Under the pieces are notes generated by a model. That model saw only the letters and a program-made list of their open reading frames with translations. It had not been told where the DNA came from and did not search any database. Below, piece after piece: positions 48,048 through 57,128 of a DNA stretch of 64,000 nt. The position numbers were made by a program, and so were the translations under genes. The stretch's first letter is position 1. Each line of letters opens with the position of its first letter. This stretch comes from an uncultured Acidobacteriota bacterium (GTDB lineage: Bacteria; Actinomycetota; Acidimicrobiia; Spongiisociales; ZC4RG35): NCBI GenBank assembly GCA_963810465.1, contig CAWENM010000003.1, positions 257,578-321,577 of the forward strand. Reading direction: 5' to 3'.

Positions 48048-49667
48048 GGACTGGCTGGCCAAGCGGCGCCGGCTCTCGGCTTTGCGCTCACTCTCGAGCC
48101 GTTCCAGGTCGACGTCGCTGTAGTCGACGTAGCTCATTGCCTCGGCGATCAAATGGTGACCGGCCACCTCATCGATGGCGCGGTGCATCTCATGGGCAAC
48201 CCGGCGGTAGGCCGGATGCCCGGCCGCCTGGCTGCGCAGCTCGATGAGATGGAAGGCCTGCCTGGGGTTCATCTCCATGACGAAGCGCACGTTGAAGGCA
48301 AATGGCACCACGTATTGGGCCACATCGGCGCCAAGGTCCGTCCGCAGCACTTCGTAGAATTCGAGAGACTGAGCCATCAGTCGATGCCATTCGTCGGCGA
48401 GGCCCAGTTCCTCGACTTCTGCCGGAAGGTCATAACCGAGTCGGGTCGTGTACCGCTGCCATTCCAGCGTCATCAGACGATGACGTTGAAGGTCGCGGAA
48501 CGCCCCGATGTCACAGGTGACATCGAACCGGTAGGTGGTTCGCTCCATGGCCCGCCCCGGCCGATGTCTCCGATTCGCCCGATCCCCGACGAGAGAGGCA
48601 ATGATGCTTGCCCTCTCTGACTGGGTCATCGAAGTGGCTATTTGGAGAAGCTCAGCATCGGGCAACTCCGAGACGGCGTAGAGGGCAGCCGCGGCGATCT
48701 TGAGCTCCGCATCGGGGTCCCAGTCGACCAGAGTCACGGATGGTCCGTGGTCAGAGGGCGACTGAAGCCCGGATGCTCGCTGCTCGAGCCCTGAGCGGAC
48801 GTCTTCCAGATATCGGGACCAGCGCACCCCACGGTCGTCCAGATCGACCCGCGTGAGGAACGACGGGATGATCTTCCGTAGCTCACCGAGCATCATCTCC
48901 CCGTACTGCTGCACCTCGCGCAACGGGTTGGCCCGCATCCTGACCAGGGACATCTCGTAAGCCTGCCCGGTGCCGTAGATGCCGACGTTGGATTGTGTCG
49001 ACACCGGAAGCAGGCCCCGTACCGTGTCGCACGCCTTGGCCCGGATCGTCGCATTCCAAATTCCCACCGAGTCGTCCTCTCCCCGGGGATGCAACACTTC
49101 GAAATGGGCCGTCGTCCTGGCCACCATGCTCGAATAGGTGTCGAAGACATGCTCCATGTGGCCGAGATATCGCCCCGCATGAGATGACGTGGTGATCTCA
49201 GGAGGGACGAAGTACCTGTAGCGGTCCCCAAGACGCGCGTCGTAGCGGATATAGCGGGTCGATTGCTCCAGATAGGCGGCGAGACGGCCCCACTCCAGGA
49301 CCTTGGTCAGGAGGTTCGAGGCCTGTTCGCATGCGAGGTGGGCGCCGCCGAGTTGGGCGACTGAGTCGTCTCCGTAGTCGAAGAAGACCCGTTGATACAA
49401 CTGTTCCGCTTTGCGAGTTGCCACCAACGGGTCATCGTCGAGACCCCGGGCCATGGCGTCGATCCCGGAATCGGGATCGGCCACGAACTCGTCGAGGAAG
49501 AGCCGTCGCAGCGACTTCGCCGACCTCGAATACCGGGCGAAGAGTGCTCCCTTGACCACCTCCGGGAGATTGATCAACCCGAACACCGGCAGGTCGAGAT
49601 TGGTGAAAAACCGATTGAGGACGGCCTTCTCCTCGGCGGTGAACTCCTCTTGGTGGTACGACGTCAC
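48045..49667 (-). CDS. Tandem ThyX-like (FAD-dependent thymidylate synthase, Thy1 fold) two-domain protein, function unknown
   Basis: 540 aa. The C-terminal half carries the ThyX signature, RHR then 7 residues then QRY (FRDLQRHRLMTLEWQRYT). The N-terminal half carries a degenerate copy (GRLAAYLEQSTRYIRY, aligning to RHRxASYNQQSGRYV) and an N-terminal ALFARYSRS segment like the ThyX AARVCYSS region. Confidence 0.5.
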   Translation of the reverse strand: MTSYHQEEFTAEEKAVLNRFFTNLDLPVFGLINLPEVVKGALFARYSRSAKSLRRLFLDEFVADPDSGIDAMARGLDDDPLVATRKAEQLYQRVFFDYGDDSVAQLGGAHLACEQASNLLTKVLEWGRLAAYLEQSTRYIRYDARLGDRYRYFVPPEITTSSHAGRYLGHMEHVFDTYSSMVARTTAHFEVLHPRGEDDSVGIWNATIRAKACDTVRGLLPVSTQSNVGIYGTGQAYEMSLVRMRANPLREVQQYGEMMLGELRKIIPSFLTRVDLDDRGVRWSRYLEDVRSGLEQRASGLQSPSDHGPSVTLVDWDPDAELKIAAAALYAVSELPDAELLQIATSMTQSERASIIASLVGDRANRRHRPGRAMERTTYRFDVTCDIGAFRDLQRHRLMTLEWQRYTTRLGYDLPAEVEELGLADEWHRLMAQSLEFYEVLRTDLGADVAQYVVPFAFNVRFVMEMNPRQAFHLIELRSQAAGHPAYRRVAHEMHRAIDEVAGHHLIAEAMSYVDYSDVDLERLESERKAESRRRLASQS

Positions 49668-49723
49668 GGGCCGGCGATTGTATGCCTGGAAACTGGGCGC
49701 ACCCGGTTACCGTTTTAAGGGCA

Positions 49724-50002
49724 ATGTCCGTCTTCCTGGTGCGTCTCGGTGTGTTCATACTCTCTGCAACGGCAATCGGCATTGCATTGATACCGATCCT
49801 CGTTCTCATCGACTTGCTGGACGGGGGCACAGGCTGGGGACTCTGCCCACAGGGCATCGAAGCCTGCAGCAACCCGTACACCACGGCCGCCGAGTTCGGG
49901 ATCGTCCTGACAATCGGGTTGTTCCTGTCGGTGCTGGGGATCCGCTTACTGATGAAGCTGGCCCGACGTCTCCGCTCCGACGACTACCAGGTGAGTCAAT
50001 GA
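49724..50002 (+). CDS. Small membrane protein (hypothetical, 2 TM)
   Basis: ATG 49724 MSVFLVRLGVFILSATAIGIALIPILVLIDLL ... IVLTIGLFLSVLGI. Good hydrophobic periodicity and no homology recognised. Confidence 0.4.
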   Translation: MSVFLVRLGVFILSATAIGIALIPILVLIDLLDGGTGWGLCPQGIEACSNPYTTAAEFGIVLTIGLFLSVLGIRLLMKLARRLRSDDYQVSQ

Positions 50003-50880
50003 GCCGGTGTCACCGCTTCGGCCTCGATTGAGGCCCGGTCGGTCTGCTTCGTCACCACGATGAAGATCGCGATGATGATGAGGGCGGCGCCGGCCCATCC
50101 CGCCACTGTGAGCCTCTCACCCAACACGACCCATGCCGTGGCGACCGCGAAGGCCGGCTCGGCGGCCAGCACGACGGCTGCGGTGGTTGCACCGACGACG
50201 GTCTGAGCCCAGATCTGAAGAACGAAGCATCCAGCGCTGGCCCCTATGCCTGTGATCAGCAGGGCGCCCCATACCGAGCTCGGTGGCAGGACCGGCCCTT
50301 CGATCAAGAGAGCGGCAGGAAATGCCAGCGCCGAGGTGACTGCGAGTTGCACCGCGGTGAAGGGGACCACGGGGTGATAACGGGCGAGACGGGACAGGAC
50401 CACGATATGCATGGAGAAGGAAAACGCGCAGGCGAGGGTGAAGAGATCGCCACGCTCGAAGCTGAGGCCATCCGCCCCGGTGATCAGGATCAGGCCGCCA
50501 AAGGACAGGGCGGCCGCACCCACGCTCCACCAACTCGGTGGGCGTCTGGCGAACAATGCCGCGAGGAAAGGCGTGATCACCACGTAGAGGCCGGTGATCA
50601 GCGCCGAGTTGCTGGCGCTGGTCTCGGTCAATCCCACGGTCTGGAAGGCATATCCGCCGAAAAGAGCGAGCCCGGCCAGGGTGCCATGCCACCAGATCCT
50701 GCGTCCGCGTGGAAAAGCGAATATGGAGAGGAGGAGTGCGCCGAGGAGGAAACGCCACGCCACGAACGTCAGAGGCGGGACCTCGGAAACCGCCGACTTC
50801 ACCACCACGAAGGTCGCGCCGAAGACAAACGACGCCACCAGCAATGCAAGGATCGCCCGGCTTCGATTCGACCTGAACAT
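49996..50880 (-). CDS. EamA/DMT-superfamily transporter
   Basis: Ten TM helices in two EamA repeats. Proposed start MFRSNRSRAILALLVASFVFG at 50880. The longer track ORF has a non-hydrophobic 39-aa extension. Confidence 0.7.
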   Translation of the reverse strand: MFRSNRSRAILALLVASFVFGATFVVVKSAVSEVPPLTFVAWRFLLGALLLSIFAFPRGRRIWWHGTLAGLALFGGYAFQTVGLTETSASNSALITGLYVVITPFLAALFARRPPSWWSVGAAALSFGGLILITGADGLSFERGDLFTLACAFSFSMHIVVLSRLARYHPVVPFTAVQLAVTSALAFPAALLIEGPVLPPSSVWGALLITGIGASAGCFVLQIWAQTVVGATTAAVVLAAEPAFAVATAWVVLGERLTVAGWAGAALIIIAIFIVVTKQTDRASIEAEAVTPAH

Positions 50881-50960
50881 GAGCGCGGGCAGGGTAGGAC
50901 CGGTGCCGGTCACGCCCGTGTGTCTGTCGGGCGGCGCCCTGGTCAATACGATGCCGGCAC

Positions 50961-51656
50961 ATGCCTCTGAGCAGAGCCGATGGGTCGGTGCCGTCACGGG
51001 CTGAGAAGGGCAAGGCTCGCGCGGTCCTCAACCGTCTCCGGCGTCGTTATCCAACCATCGGGACTGCCCTCGACTACGAGTCACCGTTCCAGCTGCTGGT
51101 TGTCACCGTCCTCTCTGCGCAGACCACAGACGAGAACGTGAACAAGGTGGCGCCCGTTCTCTTCGCGGCCTTCCCAACGATCACCGATCTCGCAGAGGCC
51201 GATCCCGAGGACGTGGAGAGGATCGTCTATTCAACTGGCTTCTTCCGTCAGAAGACCAAGTCGATCATCAAGCTGGCCCAGGCAATCGAGGAGATGTTCG
51301 ACGGTGAGGTGCCGAGAGATCTCGATGAGTTGGTCAAGCTCCCCGGAGTTGGTCGCAAGACCGCAAGCGTCCTGCTCGCAGAGGCATGGGATGTGCCGGC
51401 GATCGCAGTCGACACCCATGTGAGGAGAGTCGCCCACCGGCTAGGTCTCACCGACCATGGCGATCCTGTGAAGATCGAACGAGACCTCATGGCGCTGTAC
51501 CCGAAGACCGAATGGTCCGGTCTTTCGATGAGGATCATCCAGTTCGGACGTGATGTCTGTGACGCCAGGCGACCCTTGTGCGGGCAATGTGAGCTCTTCG
51601 ATCTCTGCGAGTTCCCTGATCGGTTCTTCTTCGCCCACAAGACGCCAAGAGGGTGA
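50961..51656 (+). CDS. nth: Endonuclease III
   Basis: HhH-GPD motif (LVKLPGVGRKTASVLL), catalytic Lys/Asp context, and the C-terminal 4Fe-4S cluster CDARRPLCGQCELFDLC (C-X6-C-X2-C-X5-C). The true start may lie downstream of 50961. Confidence 0.88.
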   Translation: MPLSRADGSVPSRAEKGKARAVLNRLRRRYPTIGTALDYESPFQLLVVTVLSAQTTDENVNKVAPVLFAAFPTITDLAEADPEDVERIVYSTGFFRQKTKSIIKLAQAIEEMFDGEVPRDLDELVKLPGVGRKTASVLLAEAWDVPAIAVDTHVRRVAHRLGLTDHGDPVKIERDLMALYPKTEWSGLSMRIIQFGRDVCDARRPLCGQCELFDLCEFPDRFFFAHKTPRG

Positions 51657-52957
51657 CCGGCGCCCGAATCGCCGATCGAGCCATTCTCCGGCTTGCCATC
51701 CCCGCGTTGGGGACCCTGGCGATAGACCCGCTCCTGACCCTCATCGACACCGCGTTTGTGGCGCGGGTTGGGGTCGACGAGCTGGCAGCACTGGGCGTCG
51801 ACACCGCAATCCTCGGATTCGTCTTCTTCGGGTTCAACTTCCTCGCGTATGCGACAACGCCGCTAGTGGCGCAGGCACTCGGTCGTGGGAACCAGGCGGA
51901 GGCACGCCGGTGGGTCGGCGACGCCTTCGTGCTCGCCGTGCTCCTTGGTCTCCTCGCGGCAGTCGTGGTCGAGCTCCTGGCTCCCTGGTTCGTCGGTCTG
52001 ATGGGCGCTAGTGAGGAAGTAGCGGGTCCCGCCGTCGCCTACCTGCGGATCCGGGGGATAGCGACGCCCGCCGTGCTCCTGGTGACAGCCGGGCACGGCG
52101 CCTTTCGCGGGTATCAGGACACACGGACCCCACTCCGCGTCGCGGTCGGGATCAACGTCATCAACCTGGTGATCGACCCGATCCTCATCTTCGTGGTCGG
52201 GTTGGGGCTCGAGGGGGCAGCCCTGGGCACCGTGATCGCCCAATGGGCTGGGGCACTGTGGTTCCTGCAACTGGTCCGCTCGCGGGGTATGGCCGACCGG
52301 CCCGTCGGGCTCAAGAAGGCGCTTCCTACGATCCTGGCCCTGGCTCGGAGCGGAGTCCTGGTGTCGATCCGGACCGGGTTTCTCCTTCTCGGCCTGACCT
52401 TCGCCGCCGCGACCGCGACCAGGCTCGGACCGGCGGACATCGCTGCCCATCAGGTCGTGATGCAGGTCTGGCTACTCGCGGCCATGGTTGCGGACGCCTT
52501 CGCCATCGCGGGTCAGGCAATGGTTGCCGAGGCCGTTGGCGGCAGAGATACGAGGAGCGTGGACGATCTGGCTCGGCGACTGTTGCTTTGGGGAGTGTTC
52601 ACGGGCGTACTGCTGATGGGCGCATTCGTGCTCGGAGGTCCCGCAATCGCCGGTCTGGTCGGTGATCCGACCGTGGCAGCCCTGGCAGTGTCCGCAGCAG
52701 CGGTTGCAGGCTGGATGATGCCGATTGGCGCGCCGTTGTTCGTGGCGGACGGCATCTTCTTCGGCCTCCTGGCATTCGGCACGATCATCGCCTCAACCGC
52801 ACTCGGCTCTGTCGTCTTGGTGACCCTCATCTCGTTCACACCGCTGGGCGAATCGCTCGACGGGATCTGGTGGGGGATCGCGGCGATGCTGGCCGCCCGT
52901 GGGTTGGTGTTCGTCTTCGGCTACAGGCGAGCGGTGCGGATGGCTCTCAGGTCCTGA
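51653..52957 (+). CDS. MATE-family efflux transporter (DinF-like)
   Basis: Twelve TM helices. The MATE N-terminal motif (ILRLAIPALGTLAIDPLLTLIDTAFVARVG) is present. 4-nt overlap with nth. Confidence 0.8.
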   Translation: MTGARIADRAILRLAIPALGTLAIDPLLTLIDTAFVARVGVDELAALGVDTAILGFVFFGFNFLAYATTPLVAQALGRGNQAEARRWVGDAFVLAVLLGLLAAVVVELLAPWFVGLMGASEEVAGPAVAYLRIRGIATPAVLLVTAGHGAFRGYQDTRTPLRVAVGINVINLVIDPILIFVVGLGLEGAALGTVIAQWAGALWFLQLVRSRGMADRPVGLKKALPTILALARSGVLVSIRTGFLLLGLTFAAATATRLGPADIAAHQVVMQVWLLAAMVADAFAIAGQAMVAEAVGGRDTRSVDDLARRLLLWGVFTGVLLMGAFVLGGPAIAGLVGDPTVAALAVSAAAVAGWMMPIGAPLFVADGIFFGLLAFGTIIASTALGSVVLVTLISFTPLGESLDGIWWGIAAMLAARGLVFVFGYRRAVRMALRS

Positions 52958-54204
52958 CCTCGTGTCTCGGGGAGGAGCAGGGTGAGCAAGGCGGCGATCA
53001 CCATCCCGACACCGAGGATCGTGACCGTCTGGGAGAGGCCGAATCGATCGATGGTGAAGATCCCAAGGATCAGCCCGAGCCCGGACCCGACCAAGCCGAA
53101 GTTCGTCGCCGCGGTGTTGGCGCTGGCCCTGAGCCCCGTGGGGAACAGCTCGGCCCGATGAGAGCCTCCGGCCGGGACGAATGCGAATGTGCCGAACGAC
53201 GACACCATGACGGCCACGACTATCAGCGGGACCGAGGTGGACCAGTAGATGACGAGACCACCTCCGACAGCAAGGAGGAGACTCACCACCGTCGTCCTTC
53301 GACGGCCCAAGCTGTCGGCCAGGTGCCCGCCGACGAAGAAGCCGAGCCCGCCGAGGGTCCCGCCGAGGAGGGCGATCAGAACCGTCGAGCCGGTGCTGAG
53401 CCCGAGATATTCGATCATGCGTGTGGTGGAGAACGCGAGGGCGACCGCCGAGAAGGCGGAGACGAGGAAGGCGATGATCACCACTATCCAGAAGCGACGT
53501 GCCCATTCCCCGGTGGCCAGTTCTCGCCAGTGCCTGTCCTCGTGATCTTCGAGAAAGATGTGGCTCTCCGGCACGTTGCGAATCAGGAACGGGAGCACGA
53601 GGAAACCGAGGGCGATCATCAGATGCGGAATCCGCCAGCTCTGACCACCTCCGTCGGCCAGTGGGAGGGTCATCAACGCCAAGCCTCCGCCGAAGGACAC
53701 CGCTGCCCCATAGAAGGAAATCGCATAAGCGCGGATGTGAGGTGAGACCTGCTCGGCGAGAAGGACGATGGCCAGGCCTCCCATCCCGGCAGTCCCGGTG
53801 CGCAGGATCGCCTGGGCGGTCCCGAACTGCCACGCCTCGAAGACGAGACCGGCCAGGGTGCCCCCGACAATCACCAGGGTGAGGGACCACAGGAAAGGGC
53901 GCCTCCGCCCTTTGTGGTCTCCGAGCCACCCCAGAGGGAGGGCGGCGAAGGCGGCGAGTCGGGCGAGGCCGAGCAGAAGGCTCATCTCACCCTCGGTGAG
54001 CCCTAGACCGGCGCGTGTGAACGGAAGCGTTGCCGCGGCCTGGGACTGGGCGAAGCCTTGGATGACTCCGGCTGTCCAGATGATGAACACGATTCGGCGA
54101 TCGCCCGAGGTGAACCTCTCCACCGGGAGCAACGGGCCCAGAACGCGTCGCAGCCACGGTGCCACGAGTCGAGAGTAGAGGGGCACGCGTGCGATCATCC
54201 CCAC
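52921..54204 (-). CDS. MFS transporter
   Basis: Twelve TM helices. MFS motif-A-like DHKGRRRPF loop and a second-half GRRRT loop. Convergent with the MATE gene with a 37-nt overlap. Confidence 0.75.
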   Translation of the reverse strand: MGMIARVPLYSRLVAPWLRRVLGPLLPVERFTSGDRRIVFIIWTAGVIQGFAQSQAAATLPFTRAGLGLTEGEMSLLLGLARLAAFAALPLGWLGDHKGRRRPFLWSLTLVIVGGTLAGLVFEAWQFGTAQAILRTGTAGMGGLAIVLLAEQVSPHIRAYAISFYGAAVSFGGGLALMTLPLADGGGQSWRIPHLMIALGFLVLPFLIRNVPESHIFLEDHEDRHWRELATGEWARRFWIVVIIAFLVSAFSAVALAFSTTRMIEYLGLSTGSTVLIALLGGTLGGLGFFVGGHLADSLGRRRTTVVSLLLAVGGGLVIYWSTSVPLIVVAVMVSSFGTFAFVPAGGSHRAELFPTGLRASANTAATNFGLVGSGLGLILGIFTIDRFGLSQTVTILGVGMVIAALLTLLLPETRGQDLRAIRTARL

Positions 54205-54232
54205 ACTTCGGCTAATTCACCGGGGAACCAAA

Positions 54233-55003
54233 GTGTTCGACAGCGTCGACTCGGCCGCCTACATCGTCCAGATCCTGATCGCTTTCGGGGCGGGGATCAT
54301 CTCGTTCGTATCTCCGTGCGTCCTGCCCCTTCTGCCCGGCTATCTATCGATGATGTCTGGCTACTCGGCGAGCCAGCTGGAGGAGGGCGATGTGTCCACG
54401 GCCCGGATGACCCGGGTAATCCTCCTCTTCATCGCAGGCTTCACTGTCGTGTTCGTCGCCCTTGGCGCAATCGCTACCGGTCTCCGCACCTGGCTGGTGC
54501 AGAACCTGACGACATTCACCCGGCTGGCCGGGCTGACCGTGATCGTCTTCGGAGTGCTCATGGTGGCCATGGCGGTGTCCGATCGAGGTCCGCTCGCCAC
54601 AGTTGGGAGGGAGCGCAGGCTCGATGTCCGCCCCAGTCGGCTCGGGTCGTGGGGTCCCCCTGTCATGGGGCTGGCCTTCGGATTCGCCTGGACGCCTTGC
54701 ATCGGACCGGTCCTCACCGTGATCCTCGCCACAGCCTCGCTCCAGGAGACTCTCGGCCAGGGCATGCTGCTCCTTCTCGCCTATTCCCTTGGACTCGGAG
54801 TGCCCTTCCTCCTGAGCGGCCTCGGGCTGTTCAAGCTGTTCGGGCGGCTCAAGCCCTACCTGCGTCCGATCAACATCGCTTCGGGAGTGTTGTTGACCCT
54901 GTTCGGCGTTCTCATGTTGACTGGAAACGTGGGCACCTTGTCGAGCTGGTTCTCTGACGTTCTGCTCTCGATACCGTTCCTCCGTGACCTGGCGACGATC
55001 TGA
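54233..55003 (+). CDS. ccdA: Cytochrome c-type biogenesis / thiol-disulfide transfer membrane protein CcdA (DsbD family)
   Basis: SPCVLPLLPGYLS and TPCIGP carry the two conserved Cys. Six TM helices. Confidence 0.88.
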   Translation: MFDSVDSAAYIVQILIAFGAGIISFVSPCVLPLLPGYLSMMSGYSASQLEEGDVSTARMTRVILLFIAGFTVVFVALGAIATGLRTWLVQNLTTFTRLAGLTVIVFGVLMVAMAVSDRGPLATVGRERRLDVRPSRLGSWGPPVMGLAFGFAWTPCIGPVLTVILATASLQETLGQGMLLLLAYSLGLGVPFLLSGLGLFKLFGRLKPYLRPINIASGVLLTLFGVLMLTGNVGTLSSWFSDVLLSIPFLRDLATI

Positions 55004-55822
55004 ATGAGCCTCACCGAGCCGCATCTGGCCCCGTCGGCACCCGAGCTGGTTTGGTTCGGAGGCGCCGATGCGATCCGTTTCCTCAATGATTTGATCAGTC
55101 AGGAGATCGGCGACATGGAGCCCGGGTCGGTCCGACGATCGCTGCTGCTCACGCCGCAGGGCAAGCTCGACCACATCCTCTGGGTTCTCCGAGGAGACGA
55201 TGAGGTGGGCTTGGTGGTGGATGCCGACCAGGGCGAGGATCTGGCAGCCAAGCTGGGCCGTTATCGGATCCGGGTCGATGTCGAGATCGCTCCGTCGACC
55301 CTCGAGCGGTGGCTCGTCGTTGCGCCGTTCGGGGCGGATCCCGGGCGGTGGACTGGCGATCGTGGCGAATTGATGGCCGACGTGTCCTGGTCGAACCTCG
55401 AGCGGACGCTGGTGGTGGGGGAGAGGCCGGACCTTCCGTGATGGAAGTCGAGGATTACGAGTCTGCTGCGCATTGAAGCCGGGGAGCCACTGATGGGCGT
55501 GGATGTCACCGACGCCACCATCCCTCAGGAGACCGGTCTCGTCGCGGAGACGATCTCATTCAACAAGGGGTGCTTTCTCGGTCAGGAGTTGGTAGCCCGT
55601 CTCGACAGTCGGGGAGGACGGGTCAACCACCATCTCCGCATCCTGCGCTTCGACGGTTCGGCGCCGGAGGTGGGCACCGAGGTCACCAAGGATGGCGAGC
55701 AGGTGGGGGTGCTCAGCTCGGCAGCAGACCGTATCGGGCTGGCATTACTCCGGCGGGGGGTCGAACCGGGGGATACGGTGACGGTGGGTGACGGTCGAGC
55801 GTCGGTGGATGCGGTTCCGTAG
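55004..55822 (+). pseudogene. YgfZ/GcvT-like folate-binding protein interrupted by an in-frame TGA at 55439-55441
   Basis: ORF 55004..55441 has the N-terminal GcvT-like domain. The same reading frame continues right after the TGA with WKSRITSLLRIEAGEPLMGVDV...FNKGCFLGQELVARLDSRG, the YgfZ KGCY(F)xGQE signature. ORF 55493..55822 in the track is that downstream portion. Confidence 0.75.
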
Positions 55823-55856
55823 AGTGACCCGCTCGGGCGTAGACATCAGCCACGTG

Positions 55857-55940
55857 TGCCGGAGGCGGGATTCGAACCCGCACGGGGTTTCCCCCAATGG
55901 TGTTTGAGACCATATTGTCTACCAGTTCCAACACTCCGGC
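55857..55940 (-). tRNA. tRNA-Leu (anticodon CAA), class II with long variable arm; CCA not encoded
   Basis: Reverse complement folds as acceptor GCCGGAG/CTCCGGC, D-stem TTG/CAA with GGTAGA loop, anticodon stem ATGGT/ACCAT with loop CTCAAAC, 15-nt variable arm, T-arm GCGGG-TTCGAAT-CCCGC, discriminator A. Closely parallels E. coli tRNA-Leu(CAA). Confidence 0.9.
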
Positions 55941-55951
55941 GTGACCACATT

Positions 55952-56769
55952 TTACCGGTCAATGCTTGGGACCGATAAAGGTGTCCATATAGGCCACATC
56001 TTCACGGCGGGCGATCGAAATGTCACGCGGGGTGGTCTGCGTCCAATGACTCCGAGCAGATCTAGGGCGTCGGTGAAGATCCCCAGGATGTCGGTGGAAA
56101 CATTGGTGAACATGTAGCGCGGATAGCGATAACGCCGGGGACCGGATCGGAGCTTCCGGATCACTTCGTTGACGTGCCGGTTGCCGTCAGAATGGATCAG
56201 ACCACGGACCAGGGCCTTGGGATGACCAGCAATGATCACGTCCTGCCACCGTTCGAGCTCGATGTGACGATTGTGTTTGCGGCCAGGGCCATGTTGCGGG
56301 AAGAGGCAAAGCCAGTGTTTCCAGTCGGAGTAGACCTCGACGCATCCCTTCTTCGAGATGAACCCCACTTGCTCGGTGGCTCGGGTGACGACGATTGAGC
56401 CGGCGATCTCGTCGATGATGTCGGGTACTTGAGGTCACACACGATCCGCAAGCGATAGACGTCCCGAGGCACGAGGCAGAGGCAGCCGTCGCCCAAGTAG
56501 GCCCCGAGGAGATATGCATACGCCTCCTCGTCGACCCATCCGCCGATGCATCGAAAGCAGGTGGCTTGGCGTCTGCCGGACCAAAATTTGGTGCGGCCAC
56601 CGCTACCCGAAGCCACGCCGACCCGCCAGTCTCGAATCGTGCCGCGGGGAATCCCGAGACGACGGCCGATCTCGCAGTCGTTGATCCCGATGTCGATCAG
56701 TTGGATAGCTCGGCGGTATTCCTCTTCCGACCTCATGACGTGAACCCTTTCTTCGAAGGTACAAGCCAC
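55952..56769 (-). pseudogene. Free-standing HTH plus double-LAGLIDADG homing-endonuclease-like gene, frameshifted (-1)
   Basis: ORF 56236..56769 has an HTH (IQLIDIGINDCEIGRRLGIPRGTIRDWR) and a first LAGLIDADG motif (YLLGAYLGDGCL). ORF 55952..56368 in another frame carries the second motif (KALVRGLIHSDGN). Adding 1 nt after codons CDLKYP joins them into about 270 aa (…CDLKYPDIIDEIAGSIVVTRATEQVGFISKKG…). Confidence 0.65.
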
Positions 56770-56826
56770 CTAGGACAGAATCGACGTTGTCGATATCGCC
56801 GAATAGGGGGATACCCTGCGCATGTC

Positions 56827-57102
56827 GTGAAGCGCGTCCACCGCCGGCTGTTTCGGCTCAATGATCAGATCGACTCCCTCAACCGGGAGTTGCGGTTGGT
56901 GAACGCTGAGCTCTCCAATCATCGCTCGATCGACGAGGACGCCCAGCGTGATGCGGTCGTGGGCAACTACATCGATCGTGAAGAGGCGGGGCGAACGGCA
57001 GGCGATGTCCGTCGGTTCGAGAGGACCGCCTTCTATCTCCGGGTTCGTCGAGCCAAGCTGATCAAGACCAGGGATCGACTGCTCACCCGTCTGCCCGACT
57101 GA
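56827..57102 (+). CDS. Small coiled-coil hypothetical protein (91 aa from GTG)
   Basis: ORF in the 56566..57102 frame from GTG 56827 (VKRVHRRLFRLNDQIDSLNRELRLVNAELSN...). No family recognised. Sits between the endonuclease remnant and polA. Confidence 0.3.
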   Translation: MKRVHRRLFRLNDQIDSLNRELRLVNAELSNHRSIDEDAQRDAVVGNYIDREEAGRTAGDVRRFERTAFYLRVRRAKLIKTRDRLLTRLPD

Positions 57103-57128
57103 TCGGGCACGCCGCTACCGTCAGCCTC

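Noticed and set aside
52793-53929. 378-aa minus ORF and 291-aa plus ORF (52870..53745)
   Set aside because: Alternate frames of the MFS transporter gene 52921..54204. Arg/Asp/Gly-rich.
55439-55441. Selenocysteine recoding of the in-frame TGA in the ygfZ-like gene
   Set aside because: The family has no known selenoproteins. No SECIS-like hairpin follows (the downstream sequence is ordinary coding). Nonsense mutation or sequencing error is more parsimonious.
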